DNA of 30,210 nt from Thermoanaerobaculia bacterium (lineage in GTDB: Bacteria > Acidobacteriota > Thermoanaerobaculia > Gp7-AA8): assembly GCA_035525015.1 (NCBI GenBank), contig DATLFC010000038.1:1-30210 (forward strand). Direction: 5' to 3'. Below are positions 8,935 to 17,082 of the stretch, in pieces (position 1 is the first letter of the stretch; every line of letters starts with the position of its first letter). The notes beneath the pieces are model-generated. The model saw only the letters and a list, made by a program, of their open reading frames with translations, was not told where the DNA came from and did no database searches. The translations under genes and the position numbers were made by a program.

Positions 8935-10794
8935 TCACTTGCCGCTGGTGGCGGCGCGGCGGCGCTTGGCGTGCAGCCGGTCGATGAGCTTCGTCGCGGA
9001 GCGGACCTGTTCGAGGATCTTCTCTTCCAGACCGGCGCCCTTGATCTTGAAGCTCTTGGCGCGGCGGAAGACGGCGCGGGCGCGGTCCTTCTCGCCGCTC
9101 TCCAGCAGGGCCATGCCGAGGTGCATCAGGTTCGTGGCCGTGGGACCGATGTCGGCGGACTTCGACAGGAAGTCGACGGCGGCCTGGAAGTCACGGCGCT
9201 TGAAGTAAACCCAACCCAGCGCCGCCAGGGGGAACTGCTTCAGCTCCTTCGGTGAGTAGCGCAGCGCGAGCTGCGCGCTCTCCAGCGCCTCGTCTAGGCT
9301 CTCTTCCATCTCGGCGAGGTTGTACGCCTTCTCGTAGTAGGCGATCGACTTCGCGTAGTTCGATGTGTACTCGCGCAGCATCTCTTCCAGCGCGCGATTC
9401 GCGTCCTTGAAGTTCCCCTCGGCGCGCAGCGCCTCGACCAGCGTCGTGTACGCCGCCGCCGCGACGACCTCCGTCGGCCTCTCACGCAGGATCTGCCTCG
9501 ATACGGCGATGGCCTCGCTGTTCAGATCGAGGTGCGAGCAGAGCAGCGCGTACGGCATCAGGATGTTGACGTTGTCGGGGTATTCGTGCGAGGCCCGGCG
9601 GTAGTGATCGAGGGCCTCGCTGTAATTGCCCTGATTGACCAGCGTCTCCGCCTCGCTCAGCTCTGTCGCCGCCGGTCCCTCGATCGGGACGTGGCCGGAG
9701 ATTCCCTCGTAGATCTTGACGGCCTGCTGGTACTCCATCTTGTTCGGATTCAGCTCCAGTGCTTCCTGGAAGCACTCGATGGCCTTCCGGTTCCAGTTGC
9801 GGTCGAGATAGCAGAGGCCGAGGTGATAGATCGCCTCCTCGTAGTCGGGATCGAGTTTCAGCGCGCTCTGGAACGAACGGATGGAGCGCTCGAGCTGCCC
9901 CTTCTCGTAGAAGATCGTGCCGAGAAGGAAGAAGGCCTGCGGGATGGCCTCGAGCTGGATGGCCTTCTCGAGGAACTTCTGCGCGCGAAGGAGCTTGCCT
10001 TTCCGGGCGTAGATCGCACCGAGAGAGAAGTAGGGGAGGAACGACTCCTGCGAGATCTGGATGGCGCGCCGCAGCCAGCGCTCGGCCCCCTTCAGATCCT
10101 GCCGCTCGTGCAGGAGGACGCCGTAGAAAACGGCGGCGTCGAAGTGATCGGGCTGCACCTCCAGCGTCCGCTCGAGGTAGTACTTGGCGCGATCGAGATT
10201 GCCGTCGTTGAAGAACGTCTCGCCCAGGAAGAAGGAGAGCTCGTAGTTGTCGCGGTCGAGGCGGAACGCTTCTTCGAGAGCCTTCAGGCCGCGGTCGGGA
10301 TCGAAGGCGTCGATGGCCGCTTCCGCTTCCACGACCAGGCCCACGAAGCGGTCGCGCTTGTCGCCTCGGAAGAGCGACATGATGCGGTCGCGCCGTTCGG
10401 TGAAGCGCTGCTTCTTCTCCAGCGCGAGCATCTGCTCGCCCATCTTCGCTTCCCACAGCTCCACCACTTCCTCGCCGGAGAGGAGGTTCTTTTTCTCCAG
10501 GAGCTCCTTCACGGAGAGCAGGCCTGTCTGGTTGATGAAGATGGCCCGCTCGTGCTTCTGCACGGCGTCGACGACGGAGCGGAGCGTTTCGGCGGAGCGC
10601 TTGACGATCTCCTCGAGCGCGGAGACGCGCTCGAGCAGGTGCTCGTCGAGCGAAAGGTCGCCTTCCTCTTCGTACTCTTCGACCTCGTCCTCTTCGAACG
10701 AGGTCAGTCCCGACAGAACGAGAAGCTTGTTCTGACAGCGGAAGCAGTACTCCTTATCGTCTTCGTTGAACGCGCTACAGGTCTGGCAGAGCAT
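8935..10794 (-). CDS. TPR-repeat protein with N-terminal zinc-ribbon (CxxC-x10-CxxC) and acidic coiled-coil segment
   Basis: Preferred start is the ATG at 10792-10794 (MLCQTCSAFNEDDKEYCFRCQN). The 61-codon upstream extension in the ORF track is non-globular and overlaps hbd. More than 10 TPR-like repeats follow (AFFLLGTIFYEKGQLERSIRSFQSALKLDPDY and similar). Confidence 0.7.
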   Translation of the reverse strand: MLCQTCSAFNEDDKEYCFRCQNKLLVLSGLTSFEEDEVEEYEEEGDLSLDEHLLERVSALEEIVKRSAETLRSVVDAVQKHERAIFINQTGLLSVKELLEKKNLLSGEEVVELWEAKMGEQMLALEKKQRFTERRDRIMSLFRGDKRDRFVGLVVEAEAAIDAFDPDRGLKALEEAFRLDRDNYELSFFLGETFFNDGNLDRAKYYLERTLEVQPDHFDAAVFYGVLLHERQDLKGAERWLRRAIQISQESFLPYFSLGAIYARKGKLLRAQKFLEKAIQLEAIPQAFFLLGTIFYEKGQLERSIRSFQSALKLDPDYEEAIYHLGLCYLDRNWNRKAIECFQEALELNPNKMEYQQAVKIYEGISGHVPIEGPAATELSEAETLVNQGNYSEALDHYRRASHEYPDNVNILMPYALLCSHLDLNSEAIAVSRQILRERPTEVVAAAAYTTLVEALRAEGNFKDANRALEEMLREYTSNYAKSIAYYEKAYNLAEMEESLDEALESAQLALRYSPKELKQFPLAALGWVYFKRRDFQAAVDFLSKSADIGPTATNLMHLGMALLESGEKDRARAVFRRAKSFKIKGAGLEEKILEQVRSATKLIDRLHAKRRRAATSGK

Positions 10795-10844
10795 GGTTTG
10801 GTGCGGATTAGAACATGGGTTGGCGACGACTTCATCCCTCGATG

Positions 10845-11687
10845 TCAGTAACGGTAAAACCCGCGTCCACTCTTCCGGCCCAGCCACCCCGCATCGACCA
10901 TCTTCACCAGCAGCGGACACGGCCGGTACTTCGGGTCGCCGAACCCTTCCTCGAGCACGCGGAGTATGGCCAGGCATACATCGAGGCCGATGAAGTCGGC
11001 GAGCGTGAGCGGACCCATCGGGTGGTTCATGCCGAGTTTCATCACGCCGTCGATCGCTTCCGGCGTCGCCACCCCTTCGTAGAGCGTGAAGATCGCCTCG
11101 TTGATCATCGGCATCAGGACGCGGTTGGAGATGAAGCCGGGATAGTCGTTCACTTCGATCGGCGTCTTCCCCATCTTCTTCGACAGGTCCTCGACGCGCA
11201 TCCAGGTCTCATCCGTGGTGGCGATGCCGCGGATCACCTCGACGAGCGCCATCACCGGCACCGGATTCATGAAGTGCATGCCGATGACCTTGTCGGGACG
11301 CTTCGTCGCGGCGGCGATCTTCGTGATCGAGATCGATGACGTGTTCGAGGCCAGGATGCACTCGGGGCGGGTGATCGTGTCGAGCGTGCCGAACAGCTCC
11401 GTCTTGGCGGCGAGGTTCTCGATGATCGCTTCGATCACGATGTCGGCGCCGGCGGCGGCCTGCAGGTCGGTGGCCGTCCGGATGCGGCCGAGGACCGCTT
11501 CCTTTTCCGCCGCCTGCATCTTTCCCTTGTCGACGCCGCGCTGGAGGTTGGACGAGATCGTCTTCATGGCCCGGTCGAGGATGTCGCGCGAGATGTCGAT
11601 GAGCATCACCTCGAAACCGCTCCCGGCGGCCGTGTGGGCGATGCCGTTGCCCATCGTCCCGCCGCCGATAACAACGATGTTTTTCAT
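10845..11687 (-). CDS. hbd: 3-hydroxybutyryl-CoA / 3-hydroxyacyl-CoA dehydrogenase
   Basis: NAD-binding N-terminus (IVVIGGGTMGNGIAHT) and HCDH family core (TNTSSISIT...GFISNRVLMPMINEA). An AGGAGA Shine-Dalgarno sits 8 nt upstream of the ATG. Confidence 0.9.
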   Translation of the reverse strand: MKNIVVIGGGTMGNGIAHTAAGSGFEVMLIDISRDILDRAMKTISSNLQRGVDKGKMQAAEKEAVLGRIRTATDLQAAAGADIVIEAIIENLAAKTELFGTLDTITRPECILASNTSSISITKIAAATKRPDKVIGMHFMNPVPVMALVEVIRGIATTDETWMRVEDLSKKMGKTPIEVNDYPGFISNRVLMPMINEAIFTLYEGVATPEAIDGVMKLGMNHPMGPLTLADFIGLDVCLAILRVLEEGFGDPKYRPCPLLVKMVDAGWLGRKSGRGFYRY

Positions 11688-11763
11688 CCGTTTGCGTCTC
11701 CTGCTTTTTCGCGGCCGTGACTCTATCGCACAAGCGGCGTAACATCGGCGATCCGGATTGGAG

Positions 11764-12912
11764 ATGGCTGCTACGTGCTTGCTGTGCGGGCGGGAAACTG
11801 GTGCCGGCGCGATCGTCTGCGACGCGTGCGAGAAGCGGAACAGGCGGGGAGCGAGCAGGCCGGCCCAGACGATTCCGCAGACAAACGAGGCGCTTGCGCT
11901 CGACGCGTTCCCGCCGGCGCCGGTCGTGCCGTTCCCGCTTCAGGCGGCGTCGCCCGCGATCACCAGCGTCGTCAACCTGCTGGTGGCGGCCGGCGTTCCG
12001 GCGGTGTTCCTGGCCGCCGACCGCACGGTGAAGTTCGTTTCCGACGCGGCGCTGAAGCTGCTCGACGCCAGGCCGCAGGAGCTGGCCACGGCGGCCGACG
12101 TCGAGGCCAGAAGCGGCTTTCGACTCGGTGACCTCGCCGTTCCGTCGACGGCCGGCACGCGCATCGGCAACCGCAACGTCGTCTGCTCGCTCGTGCCGAT
12201 GTCGGGCGGGGCCAGCGGCGCGGTGCTCGTTTTTCGCGAGACCGATCCGATGAACGAGGCGCACGCCTCCTTCGTCGCCTTCGTCCGGGAGACGGCGCTC
12301 GAGCCGCTGCGGCTGCTGCGCGACGCGCTGAGCTCCGTCCAGCGGCACGAGATCAGCCAGGCGCTGCTCGCCGACGCGGCCGGAACGCTCGACCAGATCC
12401 TCGCCTCGCTCGAGCTCGCGCCGGGAATCGCCGCCGCCCCCGCCGCGAAACCGATTCCGCGCGCCGTCGATGTCGTCCGCCGCGTCGCCGAACGTTTCAG
12501 CGCCGCCGCGGCGCTGAAGGGAGTCCAGCTTCAGATCGACGTGCAGGAGCTCGACGAGCGGTTCGCCCATCACCAGCAGCTCGCCGATGCGCTGGCCATC
12601 CTCGTGGAGAACGCCCTGCACTACGTCCCCGCCGCCGGGATGGTGGTCATCGGCGTCCGCTGGATGGAGCACAAGAACAAGCCGATCCTCCTCTTCTTCG
12701 TCATGGATAATGGACCGCTGGTTCCGGAGAGCATGCGTCAGGCGATCTTCGAGCCGTCGTTCGACTGGAAGCCCGCGGGGGAGCGGACGGGGCGCGCCCT
12801 CTTCCGCTGCCGCGAATTCGCCGCCACGCACGGCGGTTCCGTCTGGGTGGAATCCAGGACCGGAAAGGCCTGCACATTTTTCCTCCGTGTGCGGCCGGAT
12901 GCTGAACGATGA
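11764..12912 (+). CDS. sensor-kinase-like protein: N-terminal zinc ribbon, PAS-like domain, degenerate DHp region, C-terminal HATPase_c
   Basis: CLLCGRETGAGAIVCDACEKRN zinc ribbon. The PAS-like stretch is AVFLAADRTVKFVSDAALKLL. The C-terminus (VMDNGPLVP...GRALFRCREFAATHGGSVWVESRTGKACTFFL) is a GHKL ATPase fold. The start is ambiguous (ATG 11764 or TTG 11758). No H-box histidine is obvious. Confidence 0.65.
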   Translation: MAATCLLCGRETGAGAIVCDACEKRNRRGASRPAQTIPQTNEALALDAFPPAPVVPFPLQAASPAITSVVNLLVAAGVPAVFLAADRTVKFVSDAALKLLDARPQELATAADVEARSGFRLGDLAVPSTAGTRIGNRNVVCSLVPMSGGASGAVLVFRETDPMNEAHASFVAFVRETALEPLRLLRDALSSVQRHEISQALLADAAGTLDQILASLELAPGIAAAPAAKPIPRAVDVVRRVAERFSAAAALKGVQLQIDVQELDERFAHHQQLADALAILVENALHYVPAAGMVVIGVRWMEHKNKPILLFFVMDNGPLVPESMRQAIFEPSFDWKPAGERTGRALFRCREFAATHGGSVWVESRTGKACTFFLRVRPDAER

Positions 12913-13376
12913 AGCTGAACCATCTTGTGATCGTTCTTCTCCTGGCCCCTGGGGCCGGCGCCGCGGAGATCACGCGCGAATCCGTCGTCGCGGAGATGAA
13001 CGTCCATCGCCAGGCGGCAGGGCTTGCGCCGCTGCGGGAGGACGAGCGGCTGACGCGCGCGGCCGGCCTGCGCATGCGCGACATGGAAGAGCTGGCGTAC
13101 TGGGCCCACGTCGCACCGGACGGCCGCTCCCCCTTCGAGCTGCTCCGGCCCACCGGCTACCTCTATCAATCGGCCGGGGAAAATCTCGCCGCCGGCTTCG
13201 AGACGGCGGGCCTGCTCGTGCAGTCGTGGATGGAGTCGAAAGGGCACCGGCAGAACATCCTCTCGCCGCTCTATCAGGATTGCGGCGTGGCCGTGCTGGA
13301 GGGATCGACGACCGGCCGGGCCATGGGGCGGTCGGTGGTCGTATTGTTCGCGCGGCCGCTTCCCGCGACGCCGTAG
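12909..13376 (+). CDS. secreted CAP/SCP/YkwD-domain protein
   Basis: Signal peptide (MKLNHLVIVLLLAPGAGAA) then CAP-domain motifs (GENLAAGF...GHRQNIL). There is an ATGA overlap with the upstream kinase-like gene. Confidence 0.7.
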   Translation: MKLNHLVIVLLLAPGAGAAEITRESVVAEMNVHRQAAGLAPLREDERLTRAAGLRMRDMEELAYWAHVAPDGRSPFELLRPTGYLYQSAGENLAAGFETAGLLVQSWMESKGHRQNILSPLYQDCGVAVLEGSTTGRAMGRSVVVLFARPLPATP

Positions 13377-13381
13377 GTCCG

Positions 13382-14500
13382 CTACCGCACCTGCATGGCC
13401 GGATCGACGTCGCGCTTCCACGCCGTCATCCCGCCGACCAGGTTCTTCACCCGCGTGTAGCCGCGCGAGAGGAGGTACTGCTGGGCGTTCGCGCTCCGCG
13501 CGCCCGAGCGGCAGACCATGATCACTTCCGCGTCGCGCGGAATCTCCTCGATCCGTGACGGGACCTGCTGCAGAGGGATGTGACGCGCCTCTTCCAGGTG
13601 GCCGGCTGCCCATTCGTACGGCTCGCGCACATCGACGATGACCACCTTCGAACCGTCGGAGGCCATGCGCTCGGCCAGCTCGGCGGCGGTGATGTTCGTC
13701 TCGCTCACAGGATTGCAGAACTCCTCGTAGTCGATCAGCTCGCGAATCTCGCGATCCGCACCGCAGATGCGGCATTGCGGATTCTTCTCCAACTTCAGGG
13801 TGCGGAACGCCATCGAGAGCGCGTCGATCATCAGAAGCCGCCCGATCAGCGGATCTCCCGCGCCGGTGATGAGCTTGATCGCCTCCGTGGCCTGGATCGT
13901 CCCGACGATTCCGGGCAGCACGCCGAGGACGCCTCCCTCCGCGCAGGAAGGCACGAGGTGCGGTGGCGGCGGGTCGGGATAGAGACAGCGGTAGCAGGGA
14001 CCGAGTCTGGCGTCGAAGACGGCGGCCTGGCCGTCGAACCGGAAGACGGAGCCGTAGACGTTCGGCTTGCCGGTCAGCACGCAGGCGTCGTTCACCAGGT
14101 AGCGCGTCGGGAAGTTGTCCGTGCCGTCGAGCACGACGTCGTACGGCTCGAACAGCGCCAGCGCGTTGCGCGATGAGAGGCGGTCATTGAACGTCTCAAC
14201 GCGGACGTTGCGGTTGAGATCGTGAAGACGCTGCCAGGCCGCGTCGAGCTTCCGCTGCCCGACGACCGACTCCCCATAGAGAATCTGCCGCTGCAGGTTC
14301 GAAGCGTCGACGGTGTCGAAGTCGACGAGACCGATCCGCCCGACGCCGGCCGCCGCCAGGTACATGGCCGCCGGACTCCCCAGCCCCCCCGCCCCGATGA
14401 TGAGGACCGAGGCGCGTTTCAGCTTGTGCTGCCCTTCCTCGCCGATTTCCGGAAGAGAGAGATGCCGTGCGTAACGTTCGGTTTCTTCGGCCGTGAGCAT
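13382..14500 (-). CDS. moeB: molybdopterin-synthase/ThiS adenylyltransferase (MoeB/ThiF) with C-terminal rhodanese domain (MoeZ-type)
   Basis: ThiF/MoeB motif (VLIIGAGGLGSPAAMYLAAAGVG), CxxC pairs, and a C-terminal rhodanese region (VIVDVREPYEW...CRSGARS). Confidence 0.85.
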   Translation of the reverse strand: MLTAEETERYARHLSLPEIGEEGQHKLKRASVLIIGAGGLGSPAAMYLAAAGVGRIGLVDFDTVDASNLQRQILYGESVVGQRKLDAAWQRLHDLNRNVRVETFNDRLSSRNALALFEPYDVVLDGTDNFPTRYLVNDACVLTGKPNVYGSVFRFDGQAAVFDARLGPCYRCLYPDPPPPHLVPSCAEGGVLGVLPGIVGTIQATEAIKLITGAGDPLIGRLLMIDALSMAFRTLKLEKNPQCRICGADREIRELIDYEEFCNPVSETNITAAELAERMASDGSKVVIVDVREPYEWAAGHLEEARHIPLQQVPSRIEEIPRDAEVIMVCRSGARSANAQQYLLSRGYTRVKNLVGGMTAWKRDVDPAMQVR

Positions 14501-14559
14501 TTTCGGAGTGCGGCGGCTTGCCGCCGCTTTCGGATTGCGGCAGCCGCCGCACTCCGAAA
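14501..14559 (-). promoter_or_regulatory. perfect 17-bp nested stem-loop between the yqeY stop and the moeB start
   Basis: TTTCGGAGTGCGGCGGC ... GCCGCCGCACTCCGAAA with an inner 6-bp stem in the loop. It abuts the yqeY TAA and ends immediately before the moeB ATG, leaving no free RBS. Confidence 0.55.
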
Positions 14560-15006
14560 TTATGGCAGCAGTCTCGCCACGATCTCCTGAATTTTCCTCC
14601 CCTCGGCGCGACCCTTGTAGCGCGCGGTCGCCTCCTTCATCACCTTGCCGAGATCCTTCTTCGATTGCGCGCCGGTGGAAGCGATGATCTCGCGCAGTCC
14701 CGTCTCCAGCTCCTCGTCCGACAGCTCCGGCGGGAGGTAGGTCCGGAGCATCTCCAGCTCGGCCTGTTCTCTGGCCGCCAGCTCGGGGCGGTTGGCCTTC
14801 GTGTACTGCTCGATCGAATCCTGCCGCTGCTTGACCGCCTTGCGGATCACGGCCATCGCTTCTTCGTCGGAGAGCTCGTGACCGACGTGGATCTGTTCGT
14901 TCTTCAGCGCCGACTGCAGCATGCGCAGCGTCGACGTCTTCTCGGCAGTGCGCGCCTTCATCGACTCGGTGAGCTCGGCGCGGATCTGCTCGGTCAGCTT
15001 GCCCAT
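14560..15006 (-). CDS. GatB/YqeY-domain protein
   Basis: YqeY-like sequence (LTEQIRAELTESMKA...LKNEQIH...LREIIASTGAQSKKDLGKVMKEATARYKGRAEG). Starts at either ATG 15004-15006 or the upstream ATG at 15027. Confidence 0.75.
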   Translation of the reverse strand: MGKLTEQIRAELTESMKARTAEKTSTLRMLQSALKNEQIHVGHELSDEEAMAVIRKAVKQRQDSIEQYTKANRPELAAREQAELEMLRTYLPPELSDEELETGLREIIASTGAQSKKDLGKVMKEATARYKGRAEGRKIQEIVARLLP

Positions 15007-15044
15007 TTGCCTTGTCTCCGCGGTCATTCTATTCTCGCGGCGCC

Positions 15045-15626
15045 ATGTCGCTCGACGTCCTGGCGCTCCTCAACAAGACCGGAGCGCTCCTGCAGGGTCA
15101 CTTCCGCCTGTCGTCCGGACTGCACAGTCCGAACTACGTGCAATGCGCTCTCCTTCTGCAGAATCCCCGCAATGCGAAGGCCATCGGCGAGGAGCTGGGA
15201 CGCCGCGTCCGCTCCATGAAGCCGCAGAAGATCGCCGCCCCGGCACTGGGCGGGGTCATCATCGGATACACGGTGGCCGAGGCGCTCGATCTGCCTTTCG
15301 TCTTCACGGAGCGGAAGGAAGGCCAGATGACGCTGCGCCGCGGTTTCCGGTTCACGCAGGGGGAGCGCGTGGTGATCGTCGAAGACGTCGTCACCACCGG
15401 CAAGTCGAGTCTGGAAGCGGCGGACGTCGTGGCGGGGCACGGCGGCCTGGTGTTCGGCTTTGCGTCGATCCTGAACCGGAGCCTCGGCGACGACCCCTTC
15501 AACAAGCCGTACGAATGTCTCCTGTCGCTGTCGCTCGAGACGTGGGAAGAGCGATCGTGTCCTCTCTGCGCGCGCGGCATGCCGGTCGACGCGCCGGGCA
15601 GCCGTCACGCCATGTCGAAGCGATGA
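15045..15626 (+). CDS. pyrE: orotate phosphoribosyltransferase
   Basis: PRTase motif (VVIVEDVVTTGKSSLEAADVV) and OPRT N-terminus (GALLQGHFRLSSGLHSPNYV). The ATG at 15045 is preferred over the ORF-track 15012. Confidence 0.85.
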   Translation: MSLDVLALLNKTGALLQGHFRLSSGLHSPNYVQCALLLQNPRNAKAIGEELGRRVRSMKPQKIAAPALGGVIIGYTVAEALDLPFVFTERKEGQMTLRRGFRFTQGERVVIVEDVVTTGKSSLEAADVVAGHGGLVFGFASILNRSLGDDPFNKPYECLLSLSLETWEERSCPLCARGMPVDAPGSRHAMSKR

Positions 15627-16108
15627 GCGAGAAGATCGTTACGATCGGCGGCCGTCAGGCCGAGATCACGGTCGAGAAGGAGGGGAACCGCTACCGGGCA
15701 GCGGGCGGCGAGATCGAGCTGGTGGCGCTGCGCGATGACGAGGCGGAGATTCGCACAGGCGATCGAACGTTCGTGGTTCCGTACGCGATCGACGGGACGC
15801 GGGTCAGCTTCGCTTTCGACGGCGAGATCTATTCCGCCGATGTGGTGGAAAAAGGAGTGCGGTCCCGTGTCCGGCACCGCGACCACTCCATGGCCGCCCC
15901 GATGCCCGGGCTGGTGCTGAAAATTCTTGTGAGGGCTGGCGACGTTGTCACGAAGGGGACTCCACTCGTCGTCCTCGAGGCGATGAAGATGGAGCACCAG
16001 GTGCTGGCCACGCACGATGGAAGCGTGAGGGCCGTAAATTGTGTAGAAGGGGAGCAGGTGCAGCCTGGCCTGGATCTCGTTGAGCTTCAGCCGACGGTTA
16101 ACGGTTAA
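15623..16108 (+). CDS. stand-alone biotin/lipoyl attachment (BCCP-like) domain protein
   Basis: C-terminal biotinyl domain with an EAMKM biotinylation motif (PLVVLEAMKMEHQVLATHDGSV). The ATG at 15623 overlaps the pyrE stop (ATGA). The 395-aa ORF 14921..16108 is not one gene. Confidence 0.7.
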   Translation: MSEKIVTIGGRQAEITVEKEGNRYRAAGGEIELVALRDDEAEIRTGDRTFVVPYAIDGTRVSFAFDGEIYSADVVEKGVRSRVRHRDHSMAAPMPGLVLKILVRAGDVVTKGTPLVVLEAMKMEHQVLATHDGSVRAVNCVEGEQVQPGLDLVELQPTVNG

Positions 16109-16126
16109 CGGTTAACGGCTAACCGT
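16094..16126. repeat. heptanucleotide tandem array (ACGGTTA)x3 plus a degenerate copy, forming a near-perfect 33-nt palindrome with three GTTAAC sites
   Basis: ACGGTTAACGGTTAACGGTTAACGGCTAACCGT spans the BCCP-like stop (TAA 16106-16108) and ends 4 nt before the HMG-CoA lyase ATG. It is AT-rich against a GC-rich background. Confidence 0.7.
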
Positions 16127-16130
16127 GGGC

Positions 16131-17069
16131 ATGAAGATCCAAATCGATACCGTCAAAATCGTGGAAGTCGGCCCGCGGGACGGCCTTCAGAACGAGAAGG
16201 TCACGGTTCCGACGCAGGCGAAGATCGAATACATCACCGCGCTCGGCGACGCCGGGCTGCGCGTGATCGAAGCCGGCGCCTTCGTCCATCCGAAGTGGGT
16301 CCCGCAGATGGCCGACACGGCCGAGGTCTACCGGAACATCCCGAAGGACCCGGGGGTCGACTATCCGGTGCTCGTCCCGAACATGAAGGGTCTGGATCGG
16401 GCGATGGAGTGCGGCGTCACCTCGATCGCCATCTTCACGGCGGCGTCGGAATCGTTCAACAAGCGGAACATCAACATGTCGATCGACGAGTCGTTCGACA
16501 ACTATGCACCCGTAGCCGCACGCGCCGCGAGCGAAGGGATGCGTGTCCGCGGCTACGTCTCGACCGCGTTCGGGTGTCCCTACGAGGGAGACGTGCCGCC
16601 GGAGAAGGTGCTCGAGGTGACGGCGCGGCTTCTCGACCTCGGCTGCTACGAGGTCTCGATCGGCGACACGATCGGCGTCGGGACTCCACTGCAGGTGCAG
16701 GGCGTCATCGGGATGCTGCTGCAGGTGATCCCGGCCTCGAAGCTGGCCATGCACTTCCACGACACGCGGGGCACGGCGCTGGCGAACACGCTGGCGGCGC
16801 TGGAGATGGGGATGGCCACGTTCGACGCGTCGTCGGGTGGACTGGGGGGATGCCCGTATGCGCCGGGGGCGTCGGGAAACATGGCCACCGAGGATCTGGT
16901 CTATCTGCTCGACGGGATGGCGATCGAGACGGGCGTCGATCTGAAGAAGCTCGTTGCCGCCTCCGGTGTGATCGCTCCCTACCTCGATCACCCGCTGCCG
17001 GGCCGCTATCTCCAGGCCTGTACGCGCGCGGCGGCGCCGGTCAGCCCGCAGTCGCCGGCTGTACAATGA
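16131..17069 (+). CDS. hydroxymethylglutaryl-CoA lyase
   Basis: HMGL signatures (EVGPRDGLQNE, HFHDTRG, SSGGLGGCPYAPGASGN). Confidence 0.9.
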   Translation: MKIQIDTVKIVEVGPRDGLQNEKVTVPTQAKIEYITALGDAGLRVIEAGAFVHPKWVPQMADTAEVYRNIPKDPGVDYPVLVPNMKGLDRAMECGVTSIAIFTAASESFNKRNINMSIDESFDNYAPVAARAASEGMRVRGYVSTAFGCPYEGDVPPEKVLEVTARLLDLGCYEVSIGDTIGVGTPLQVQGVIGMLLQVIPASKLAMHFHDTRGTALANTLAALEMGMATFDASSGGLGGCPYAPGASGNMATEDLVYLLDGMAIETGVDLKKLVAASGVIAPYLDHPLPGRYLQACTRAAAPVSPQSPAVQ

Positions 17070-17082
17070 CCTCATCGCGACC

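Noticed and set aside
9482-10851. ORFs 9482..10456 (-) and 9532..10851 (+) inside the TPR gene
   Set aside because: These are alternative frames or the antisense of the TPR gene with Arg/Pro-rich translations. The chosen frame shows regular TPR periodicity.
10795-10977. 61-codon N-terminal extension of the TPR protein to ATG 10977
   Set aside because: The extension is Arg/Pro/Gly-rich and unstructured and overlaps the hbd 3' end. The internal ATG at 10794 opens directly with a conserved-looking CxxC zinc ribbon.
11209-12831. 540-aa minus-strand ORF across hbd 5' region and the kinase-like gene
   Set aside because: The translation is almost pure Arg/Gly/Asp/His low complexity. It overlaps two well-supported genes on the other strand.
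14921-16108. 395-aa ORF in the track spanning yqeY-pyrE region into the BCCP-like gene
   Set aside because: The N-terminal 234 codons are an out-of-frame overlap of pyrE with an Arg/Gly-rich nonsense translation. A real gene most likely starts at ATG 15623, the biotinyl-domain protein.
16094-16126. Possibility that the heptamer arrays (here and at 24313-24340) are a CRISPR array
   Set aside because: The units are 7 nt with no spacers and only 3-4 copies. No cas genes are present. This is not CRISPR.
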